From: Sphyrna mokarran
Lineage: Eukaryota
Length of the DNA stretch: 64,000 nucleotides
NCBI GenBank assembly: GCA_024679065.1
Contig: JAGIQG010000004.1
Location: 97,650,001 to 97,714,000 of the forward strand
Direction: 5' to 3'
This document shows positions 53,976-64,000 of this stretch, piece by piece; position 1 is the stretch's first letter, and the number at the start of each line of letters is the position of its first letter. The notes beneath the pieces are model-generated. The model made no database searches and was not told the origin of the DNA. It saw only the letters and a program-made list of their open reading frames with translations. The position numbers and the translations under genes were made by a program.

Positions 53976-55479
53976 CTGAAGATGAAAATGCATTATTTGA
54001 AATCAACTGACAAATTCTCTAATTTGAAAAAAGAATTGCTCTTGCCTATTTAGTATCCATTTAGCAATATGTTGAAGAGTCTCACATCAATTGCATACTT
54101 GTCATCATTCAAAGTAACAAAAATATTAAACAAGGAAGGCAGTCACTTCCAACCGGTTCATTTTAACAAGGTGAAACATTTTCAAGCCTACCAATCTGCG
54201 AATTTATCTTATTCAGTTATAAGCCTCTAATTGACTTCAAAATTTACTTCAGTTTTGAGATTTGATCTTAAACAAGAATCTTAGCAGCAGAATAAAACTA
54301 TGTTCAAGTCACATAGCAATAGGTTGTTACAGTTATAAACAGTATTTTAATGACATACAAGAAGTTGCATCAGGAAATCTGTAAATTTTCAATGAAAACA
54401 ATTAAAAGTTTCATAAGCCAACATTTCTTTGAGCAGTGTCTTGAGTCCGCATTCACCATCTGCAAGGTTGTTATTGGGGGCTCAAGATTAGAAGATGCAG
54501 TTCTCGCCAGTGAGAATGCAACTTTGGATCTTCCTGGCCCCTCACCGGTGAAGTCATCAGGATCATACCCAAAATGATATACATATATTTCATGAATGTT
54601 AATATATTTAACACAGCCCCTCATCATTGACTCCTCATCATACATTCAAAATGCACTGATGTGATGTCACATCAGCACAGTTTATAACACGTTTACACAG
54701 ATATGAACCTGTTGTGGGATCACCCGAGGGGCTATATTTACCTTCATGCCTCTGGGGAGAGGGACATAGCCAGATAGTGCCTTAGCAATGCCTCCGGACC
54801 CACCCTTTGCACATGTTGGCACTGCCGAGATGGAACCAGGAGGTGGGAGTGGGGCGTATCAGGAATACTGCTAGATTGAATTGGGGGTGGGGAGGGGAGT
54901 TCCAGAGATCTTAGTGGTTGAGTGGAGAGATTTATTGCAATTCCGATTGGAGCAGCCTTTAAAGACGATGCCCCGATCTCTACTACTGAGTTTTCTAGCT
55001 TGTTTAGGCCCGGACCCCACCATACATCCTCCCCCCGCCCCCCAGCGTGGATCATGTTTTTTTGGCACAGTGTGCTGGATCTGAAAAGAAAACCAACTGG
55101 TTTCTATGGAGAGAAACACATTGGGTTTTCTCATCAGAAACAACACTGCCATTTTTTGGTAAGATTAGCTTTCTGTTTATCATTTATCTTCTGCAATTCA
55201 CAAAGATTTCTGTTCCAAAATGGGAAATTTGAATTTGTCATATTTCAACTACAATAATCAGCATTTATATATTGTGTTTAATGTAATAAAAACATTCCAA
55301 GGTACTTTACAGGAGTGCAATTAAATAAACTTTGGTACCGAATCAAACAAGGCAATATTAAGGTAAATGGCTAAAAACTTGGTCAAAGATCTATATCTTC
55401 AGGTGCTTTTTAAATGGGGGAAGAGAAATGGGGCAGTGCTGAAGATTAGGGGGTGAATTAAACAGTTTGGGACCTTTTC

Positions 55480-55866
55480 TTCCCATTCATGGGACCCAGG
55501 CATGGTTAGCAGGACCAACATTTGTTGCCCGTCCCAAATTGTCCTCTAAAAGATTCTAATAAATTGTCTTCTTGAATCATTGCAGCCTACAAGGTTTATG
55601 TACACCCACAGTGGTGGAAGAAGGCAGTAGCAGGATTCTGACTTTCAGCGAAACCATCGAACAACAATGTAATTCCAGGTTTAGATGGACTTGACAGGTG
55701 GTCCTTATTCACCTGCTGTCCTTGTCATTTTAAATGTTGGAAGTCTTGAGCTTGGAAGGTGCTATCAGAGGAGTTGTGGCAAGTTGCTACAGCGTACCTT
55801 GTAGATGGGACACATTGGTGGTGGAGATAGTGGATGTTTAAGATACTGGGTAGGGTACCAACCAAG
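55480..55866 (-). mobile_element. 3' fragment of the 10608-type LINE
   Basis: Degenerate colinear match to 10615-11030. Confidence 0.6.
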
Positions 55867-56232
55867 CAAGTCTTAAAGGTACAGACAATGTATAGGTAAT
55901 CAAGTCTTAAAGAAACTGACAATGTATAGGTAATCAAGTTTTAAAGTTACAGGCAATGTAAACACCTCTTTAATCTGTGCTTGGCTCTCTCTCCACTCAC
56001 ATTGTCTGTACCTTTAAGACTTGATTACCTGTAAAGACTCACATTCCAACCATTATCTTGTAAATTGAGTTTGTGTCTTTATATGCCCTGTTTGTGAACA
56101 CAAATCCTCACTCACCTGAAGAAGGAGCTTGAAACTCCGAAAGCTGGTGCTGCCAAATAAATCTGTTGGACTTTAACTGGTATTGTGAGACTCCTAATTG
56201 TGCTTACCCAGTCCAACACCACTATTTCCACG
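55867..56232 (+). mobile_element. Penelope-like element terminal repeat with a hammerhead motif and an inverted tandem 5' segment
   Basis: CACCTGAAGAAGGAG...CTCCGAAAGC followed by CCAAATAAA.CTGTTGGACT; preceded by about three inverted 34-bp units. Confidence 0.8.
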
Positions 56233-56279
56233 TTATAAATAAAAGTTCTGCAGTAACTCAACTGAATTAAACATTCTAA

Positions 56280-56910
56280 CTTCTTCCTCCACACTCAGCA
56301 GTTCCCTTTCCAACTCCCCTCCTCCTACTCACTTACTCTGCAACCCTTCTTCCCAACTGCCTCCTCCACTCACTCACTAGCCCCTTTTCCCAAACTCTCC
56401 CTCAGCAGCCTCTCTTCCAAAACCCCCCTCCCCTTCATTCACTCAGCACCCCACTTCCCAACTCAGTTCTCCCTACTCATTCAGCAGCCCCTTTTCCAAA
56501 CCCCCCTCACTACTCAGCAGCCTCACTTCCCAACCTACCTCCCACTCACGCATCAATCCTTTTTTTCAATCCCCATCCAGCACTCACTCAGCAGTTCTTC
56601 CCAGCCTCTCTCCCTCATTCAGCGGCCCCTTCCCAACCCATCTCCACCTACTCATTATCCCCTCTTCCCAACTCCCTTCCTTCCCTTACTCACTCAGGAC
56701 TCCCTTTTCCCAAGTCCCTCTTACATCACTCAGAAGCTCCTCTTTACAACTCCTCAACCATTCGGCAGCCCCTCTTTTCAACGCCACTCCCACTCGCTCA
56801 GCCACCCATCTTCCCAACTTGCCTCCCCCATTCACTCAGCAGTTCCTTTTCCCAATTCCCCTCAGCCCTCCACATGTGACATGCACTCACTCAGCAGCTC
56901 TCCTCTCCCT
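56280..56910. repeat. Degenerate CT-rich minisatellite (roughly 29-32 bp unit, approx. CACTCACTCAGCAGCCCCTCTTCCCAACTCCC)
   Basis: The blocks ctcactcagcagc and ttcccaact recur about 20 times. Confidence 0.85.
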
Positions 56911-57982
56911 GGTGTGAAGGCAGCACACAAACATCCTGGGCCAACATAAATTCATAACTAAAGTGGTCTCTGATGTTTAATGATGCTTTGAGCTCAATCT
57001 CCACTCATTGTTGTTCAGCAGCGTCAAACCAGTGGACTCAGGGATGTCCTGCCAGAGCCTTCAGACTGGGTGGTCTTCTCTCCAGTCGCCATTTCTGCCT
57101 GCTATAAGGGCAGTTCACAATGGCAAATGTGACTACTACTACTCTTTTGGGGATGTCTACCCAAGGTTTGGAAATTCCTATCTTAAGCTACCTATAAGGC
57201 TTAAGTCAGGGTGTGATGAAATTCTCAGATAGGTTGGAAATTGTCTCAACATGCAAGAGGATTGCTAACACCTAGGGCAATGCAGTGTTTTTGTTTAATC
57301 AGCATTCATGTCACTGAACTCAATATTTGCCCTTCTTACCACAACTCATCATAGAGACAGTATTCAATACTCACCAAACTTGCTTCAACAGCATATTCCT
57401 CCCTTGCAATGGCTACCAAAAAGGAAGAAAGGGAAAAATGTCTTGGGAATACCCTGACATCTCAACTCCCCAAATCTCACACAAAACAATTTGTACATAT
57501 ATCAGTGTTCATTCATCATCATTGCAGTGTTTCAATTAGAAGTCCACCAATACAGTTTGAAGGCAACTAGGGATGGACAATAAATATAGTCTTGCTCATT
57601 ATTTAAAAAGAAAATGTACTTGAGATATGGATAAAGTCATTCCAGGAGGGGCACTAAAAAAATAAAGTATGCATTCTGGTGGGCCTCACTACCACAAGGT
57701 ATAGCATAGATTATTTAATAGGAAGCTAGATAAATGAGGGTAAAGCAATTAAATTCTATGCTAATACAGTTAGATAGGAGAGTTATGAAGAAGCTTGAAA
57801 GAAGCATAAAAATGGACTGGTTGGGCCAAGTATACTTTTCTATGCTGTAAATTGTATATATAATTGTTCATTTTAATTACAGACTTCTTCAGCTAAACGT
57901 ATAGAGACCTGGATCAATACACAGATATGAATATAGAAACCTGTATTCCTGATGGTGGTTTATTGATATTAACTTAATTTAC

Positions 57983-58190
57983 CTCCCATCGATATTCTTT
58001 CAGGAATTTGCATCTGTAGCGTTGACAGGTGAATATCTTCTACTTTCTCTTCATCCTCTTGCTCCTCGGTCACTTTTAGTCTATTAGGAATTCGCATTTT
58101 CTGACCTATAACCTCCATGAAACCTAGGTCACAAGGAGCTGGACCAGAATCTATCAGATCAGAAGGTGCTGCAAATGCTAGTTCTGTCAT
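57983..58190 (-). CDS. MFF-like first coding exon (MTELAFAAPS...QKMRIPNRLKV...MQIPERISMG)
   Basis: Acceptor cctttag 5 nt before GCC-ATG (ATG at 58190); G|GTAAAT donor; carries both Drp1-binding-type repeats. Confidence 0.92.
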
Positions 58191-58345
58191 GGCAGCTAAA
58201 GGACCAAAATAAAACTTTATTTTACAAAGAAATAAGGACTGATAAATAATTATCATTAATACTTAATTTCAACTCTTCACTTGGTTGAACAATTGTAAAG
58301 CAGTGGTCATGAAACTGAATGTGGGAGATTTGATCTGTTTGTCAA

Positions 58346-61300
58346 AGAATAAAGAACAAAGAACAAAACAGCATGGAAAACAGGCCCTTCGGCCCAACGA
58401 GCCCACACTGCCACCCCGATGTTCCCACCTCTGCCCGTGATCCCTGTCTATGTTTATAGATCTATGGATTAAATACCAAATTTGAGACAATTTACAGAGG
58501 ATTTGTTTTGCCAATTAGCCTAAGAGCACATCTTTGGGATGTGGGAGGAAATCAGAGCACCCGGAGAAAACCCATGCAAGCACAGGGAGAATGCGCAAAC
58601 TCCCACAGACACAGGCCCAAATCCACGTATCTGCACAGCACAGCGATAGTCACTGAGCTGTTGTGTTGCCCATTAAATGGTCCAGGTCAAGCGTACACTA
58701 ACAATGTGAAGCATTAGGATACTCTCGAAAAAAATCCAACAGCAGCCCTCTCACGACCCTTCGCGTGTATGCCCCTTGTTAGACAACAAGGTGGACCAAA
58801 GCACCTGTAGGATAAAAACATCAATATCATCATCTATTTACACACTTCCCAGGGACTCCCAAAGCTCATGATTCCTATTTTTAAATCAGTTTTCTATACC
58901 CCTCCATTCCCATTCTGTTCATGTGCTCATCTAAATATTTCTTAAATAACTCCAGAGTACCTGCCTCTAGCATCCAAATTATACCTTACCCCCCTCACCA
59001 CAAGCCTGTGACCCCTCGTGCTATTCCAGTCCATCCTAGGAAAAAGCTTAACCCTGTTTACTCTATCCATACCCCTCAATCTTGTACACCTCTATTAGAT
59101 CTCCTCTAAGTCTACGTCTTTCTAAGGAAAACAGTCCCAATTTGCCTAACCTCTCCTCGTAACTCAGACCTTCCATACCAGGCAGCATCCTGGTAAACCT
59201 CCTCTGCACTCTCTCCAGAGTCTCCACGTCCTTCCGGTAGTAAGGCGACCAGAACTGGACGCAGTATTCCAAATGAGGTCTAACCAACGTTTTATACAAC
59301 TGCAACATTAAAGGCCAGCTCTTGTACTCTATACTTCTTCCTATAAAGGCTAGCATACCATATGCTTTCTTCACAACCTTCTCCACTTGCTCTGCCACCT
59401 TCAGAGACTTGTTCACCTACACCCCCAAGTCCCTCTGCATTTCTATACTCTTAATAGGTCTACCCTTTATCACATACCTCCCCCCTACATTCTTTCTCCC
59501 GAAATGCATCACCTTGCATTTATCAGGATTGAATTCCATCTGCCATCTGTCTGCCCAAGCTACCAGCCTAGCTATGTCCTGCTGCATCACGTGACAATGC
59601 TCCTCACTATCCGCAAGTCCAGCCACCTTTGTATCATCTGCAAACTTGCTGATTACTCCACTTACTCCCTCTTCCAAGTCATTTATATACATTACAAATA
59701 GAAGAGGTCCCAGTACCAAGCCCTGCGGCACACCATTACTGACCAACCTCCAGCTAGAAAAACACCCTTCCACTATTACTTTGTCTCCTACTACTAAGCC
59801 AGTTACTTATCCATTTAGCTACCTGTCCTTGTATCCCACGAGCCTTGACCTTCTCAACTAACCTCCCATGAGGGACTTTGTGAAACGCCTTACTAAAATC
59901 CATATATACGACATCAACGGCTCGCTCTTCGTCCACTGTTTTCATCACCTCCTCAAAAAATTCTACCAGATTTGTAAGGCATGACCTCCCCTTAACAAAT
60001 CCATGCTGCGTATCCCTAATCAGATTGCAACACTCTAAGCGCCTATACATCCTATCTCTAAGAATCCCCTCCAACAGCTTCCCTAGCACTGATGTCAAAC
60101 TCACCGGCCTATAATTTCCAGGGTTATCCCTACTACCCTTTTTAAACAATGGTACAACATTAGCTATTCTCCAGTCCTCTGGGACCTCATCTGTGTCCAA
60201 AGAAGAGACAAAGATTTGCGTCAGAGGCCCAGCAATTTCACCTCGCATCTCCCTAAGCAGCCTGGGATAAATGCCATCAGGCCCTGGAGACTCATCAGTT
60301 TTAATGCTACCTATAAGCTCTAACACTTCCTCCCTCGGTATGGATATTTCCCTCAACTGGTCCACAGCTCTCTCAGAGACAGGAGCTGTCAACAAGCCCC
60401 TCTCCTTTGTGAATACCGACGCAAAGTATTCATTCAGGATCTCTACCATTCCCTCCGGCTCTAAGCACGGTTCCCCTCCTCTAACCCTAAGAGGTCCGAT
60501 TTTTCCTCTAACCACCCTTTTATCCCTAACATAGGAGTGAAAAGCCTTTGAATTTTCCTTAATTCTATCTGCCAAAATCATTTCATGCCCCTTTTTTGCC
60601 CTTCTAACTTCCCGTTTGAGCTCCCTCCTACTCTCTCTATATTCCTTCAACGCTGTCTCCGTTCCCAGCTGCTTTGACCTATCATATGCCTCTCTTTTCT
60701 TCCTAACCAAGTCCTCAATATCCCTAGTAATCCATGGCTTTCTAATCCTACCTTTCCCATCCTTCCTCTTAGCTGGCACTTATCTATCTTGCAACATTTT
60801 CAGTATTCCCTTGAAAGAGTCCCACATGCCTAGCGTGGACTTACCCTCGAATAACCATTCCCAATCAGTTTCCATAAGTTCCTGCCTAATCCGACCATAG
60901 TTAGTTTTTCCCCAATTCAGCACCCTGCCCCTAAGGCAACAAGCATCCTTTTCCATCTGTACCCTAAAGTAGACAGAATTGTGGTCACTGTTAGCCACAT
61001 GTTCCCCCCTACTACAACATCAACGACCTGCCCTGGCTCATTACTCAGAATTAAATCCAATATAGCCCCTTCTCTAGTCAGGCTAGCCACGTACTACTCC
61101 AGTGATCCTTCCAGTACACATTTTCCAAACCCCCAGCTCTAGGTACTTTCCAATCCACCCTGGGGAGATTAAAATCTTCCACTATAACGACTCTGTTCCT
61201 TCTGCACCTATCCAAAATGTCTTTACACATGCCTTCTTCAACTACCCGCGGGCTGTTGGGTGGCCTATAATACACCCCTAGCATAGTAATTGCCCCCTTT

Positions 61301-61520
61301 CTATTCCTCAATTCCACCCACAGCGACTCTGCTCCTAACTCCTCTGTATTGTCCTCCCTCTGCACCGCCGTGATGCTCTCCTTAATTAACAACGCCACCC
61401 CTCCACCTCTTCTGGACTCTTCTCTGTCACACCTGAAACACTTATACCCAGGAATGTTCAGTTGCCACTGCTCCCCTTCCTTTAATCACGTTTCTGTCAC
61501 CGCAACCACATCCAAGTTCC
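58346..61520 (-). mobile_element. CR1 LINE with near-complete disrupted ORF2 (endonuclease plus RT) and an extended SINE-core 3' UTR
   Basis: ORFs 61078..61398 (GVYYRPPN), 60780..60998 (SDHN), 59754..60779 (SPGPDG, NYRPVSLTS, QHGF, YMDFSKAF), 59417..59773 (GVPQG, KFADDTK) and 59063..59416; separated by stops and frameshifts. Confidence 0.97.
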
Positions 61521-61682
61521 TCACAACCTTTCTTATGCATAGCCCAAGCAAAATTGGTAGCAATCTTTAAGTACATACTAAATTCCCAATCTTTGGCTAC
61601 ATAATACTTCAATTCATTTTATAAGTCAAAGTCACTGTTGATTTTTTGCACAAGGTTTGTTTCATATTTTGAATGTGCTATG

Positions 61683-62875
61683 GAACAAAGAACAAAGAAA
61701 ATTACAGCACAGGAATAGGCCCTTTGGCCCTCAGAGCCTGCACTACCTATCTGCCCGACTTAACTAAAACACTTACCCTTGCAGGGATCATAATCCTCTA
61801 TTCTCATCCTATTCATATATTTGTCAAGACACCCCTTAAAACTCACAACTGAATCTGCTTTCACAATCTGCCCCAGCAATGAGTTCCAGGCACTCACCAC
61901 CATTTGTGTAAAAAATCTGCCTTGTGCATCTTCTTTAAACCTTGTCCCTCGCACCTTAAGCCTGTGCCATTTAGTAACTGACTCTTACATCTGGGAAAAA
62001 GCTTTTGATTATCATTCTTTCCATGCCTCTCATAGTCTTATAGACTTCTATCAAGTCATCCCTCAACCTCCGTTGTTCCAATGGGAACAAATGTTTGTCC
62101 AATCTCTTCTCATAGCTAATGTCCTCCATGCCAGGCAACATCCTGGTAAATCTTTTCTGTACCCTTTCCAAAGCCTCCACATCCTTCTGATACTATGGCA
62201 ACCAGAATTGAACACTATATCCCAAGTGCGGCCTAACTAAGGTTCAATAAAGCTGCAATATGACTTGTCAATTTTTAAACTCGATGCCCCAGCCAATGAA
62301 GGCAAGCATGCCCTTTGCTTTCTTGACTACCTTCTCCACCTGCATTGCCACTTGCAGTGACCTGTGTACCTGTATACCCAGATCCTTTTGGTTATCAATA
62401 CTCTTATTGTATATTTCCTACCTATATTAGATCTTCCAAAATGCATTACCTCACATTTGTCTGGATTAAACTCCATTTGTCATTTCTCCATCCAAGTCTC
62501 TAACCTGTCTATATCCTGCTGTATCCTCTGATGGTCCTCATCACTGTCCACAAATCCACCAATCTTTGTGTTATCCACAAACTTACTAATCAAATCAATT
62601 ACGTTTTCCTTCAAATCATTTATATATATTACAAACAGCAAAGGTCCCAGCACTGATCTCTGAGGAACACCACTTGTCACAGCTTTCCATTCAGAAATGC
62701 ACCCTTGCACTGTTACCCTTTGTCTTCTTTGACCTAACCAGTTTTATAACCACCTTGCCAGCTCACCTCTGATCCCACGCGAGTTCACCTGCTGCACTAG
62801 TCTGCCACTGGGGATGTTGTCAAAGACCTTACTGAAATCCACATAGACAACATCTACTGCCATACCCTCATCAAC
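61683..62875 (-). mobile_element. 5'-truncated CR1 LINE
   Basis: ORFs 62480..62710 (SGVPQRSVLGPLLF, KFVDNTK), 61971..62180 and 61760..61954; (GAACAAA)n tail. Confidence 0.93.
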
Positions 62876-63174
62876 TATAAATTATAAATGATGTGAATAA
62901 CATGCCAGCAATTTCTAGTTCCTTTATTAATTTTGATGTTTTTATTCTAATAATCAATAATAATTTTGGCAAAGTACTGTAGAATTTTCTAAAAAAATGC
63001 CTAATTACAATCCATGACTGATATTTCCATGTCAAGGTATACAGAGAGCCTAGGACTGCATTTGCACTGTAATTTTATTAAATTTTGTATAGTAAATGTG
63101 GAATAATCTGGATATCTCTCACTCTACATTGCCACTGTGACAGGTTAGCTTTAATTCTGGATTCAGTCTATATT

Positions 63175-64000
63175 TATAGAATCATAGAGGTATACCACAT
63201 GGAAACAGGCCCTTCGACCCAAGTTGTCTTTTTTAAAACCTCTAAGCTAATTCCAATTGCCCACATTTGCCCCAAATTCCTTTACACCGATCATACCCAT
63301 GTAACTATCTAAATGCTTTTTAAAAGACAAAATTGTACCCACCTCTACTACTACCTCTGGCAGCTTGTTCCGGACACTCACCACGCTCTGTATGAAAAAA
63401 ATTATCTCTCTGGACATTTTTGTATCTCTCCCCTCTCACCTTAAACCTACGCCCTCTACTTTTAGACTCCCCTACCTTTGGGAAAAGATATTGACTATGT
63501 GGCTGATCTGTGCCCCTCAGTAATTTATAGGCCTCTATAAGATCACCCCTCAGCTTCCTATGCTCCAGAGAAAAAGTCCCAGTCTACCTAGCCTCTCCTT
63601 ATGACTCAATTCATCCAGTCCTAGTAACTAGGTAGTATCCTAGTAAATCTTTTCTGCGCTCTTTCTAGTTTAATAACATCCTTTCTATAATAGGGTGACC
63701 AGAACCGCACATACTATTCCAAGTGTGGCCTTACCAATGTCTTGTATAACTTCAACAAGACCTTCCAAGTCCTGTATTCAATGTTCTGACCAATAAAACC
63801 AAGCATGCCAAATGCCTTCTTCAACATTCTGTCCACCTGTGACTCCACTTTCAAGGAGCTAAGAACACGTACTCCTAGATCTCTTTGTTCTGTAACTCTC
63901 CCTAACGCCCTACCGTTAACTGAGTAAGTCCTGGTTCAATCTACCAAAATACATCATTTCGCATTTGTCTAAATTAAATGCCATCTACCATTCGTCAGCC
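63175..64000 (-). mobile_element. CR1 LINE 3' part (continues beyond the window)
   Basis: ATAGAATCATAGA tail followed by the reverse complement of CR1 ORF2 C-terminal sequence. Confidence 0.9.

Larger units (their letters stand above)
41588..58190 (-). other. MFF-like gene (mitochondrial fission factor family paralogue), complete CDS in 7 exons, 297 aa
   Basis: Exons of 208+158+89+156+72+79+132 = 894 nt join without stops. The protein has N-terminal repeats MRIPNRLKV and MQIPERISM (MFF: MRVPEKLKV, MQVPERIVV), a coiled coil LRRQLNKLNRRLQLLEQE, and a tail anchor ending NSWLWLRK. Confidence 0.92.

Noticed and set aside
55867-56910. CRISPR-like arrays
   Set aside because: The units are contiguous tandem repeats without unique spacers, in a vertebrate intron with no cas genes.
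41588-58190. Assigning the symbol MFF or FATE1
   Set aside because: Family membership is clear, but orthology cannot be settled without a phylogeny. It is too divergent for canonical MFF and has N-terminal repeats that FATE1 lacks.
59754-60779. 341-aa ORF as an active RT gene
   Set aside because: It is a fragment of CR1 ORF2 bounded by an in-frame stop and a frameshift; ORF1 is absent.

Overview
Vertebrate genomic DNA, almost certainly an elasmobranch (shark), inferred from its repeat families. It contains two spliced genes arranged tail-to-tail. (1) On the + strand, the last 11 coding exons of SYTL4 (synaptotagmin-like 4/granuphilin: linker, C2A, C2B) lie at 927-34523; the 5' part is outside the window. 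(2) On the - strand, there is a complete 7-coding-exon gene (58190->41588; 894 nt, 297 aa) for a strongly diverged mitochondrial fission factor (MFF)-family tail-anchored protein. It looks like a paralogue rather than MFF itself, and may be the ancestral full-length form of the FATE1 lineage. The rest is mostly transposon debris: CR1 LINEs (two copies of one family carry a V-SINE-like core and a hairpin in the 3' UTR), a second LINE family whose 5' end is a tRNA-like head shared with a short SINE-like derivative, HE1/V-type and Deu-type SINEs, PIF/Harbinger transposase remnants and MITEs, a Penelope terminal repeat with a hammerhead ribozyme motif, an RTE remnant, a possible DIRS/Ngaro remnant and a CT-rich minisatellite. 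Exon coordinates were read by hand from GT/AG boundaries and phase continuity. Repeat boundaries are approximate. Comparisons to human proteins and repeat consensus sequences are from memory, not from database searches.
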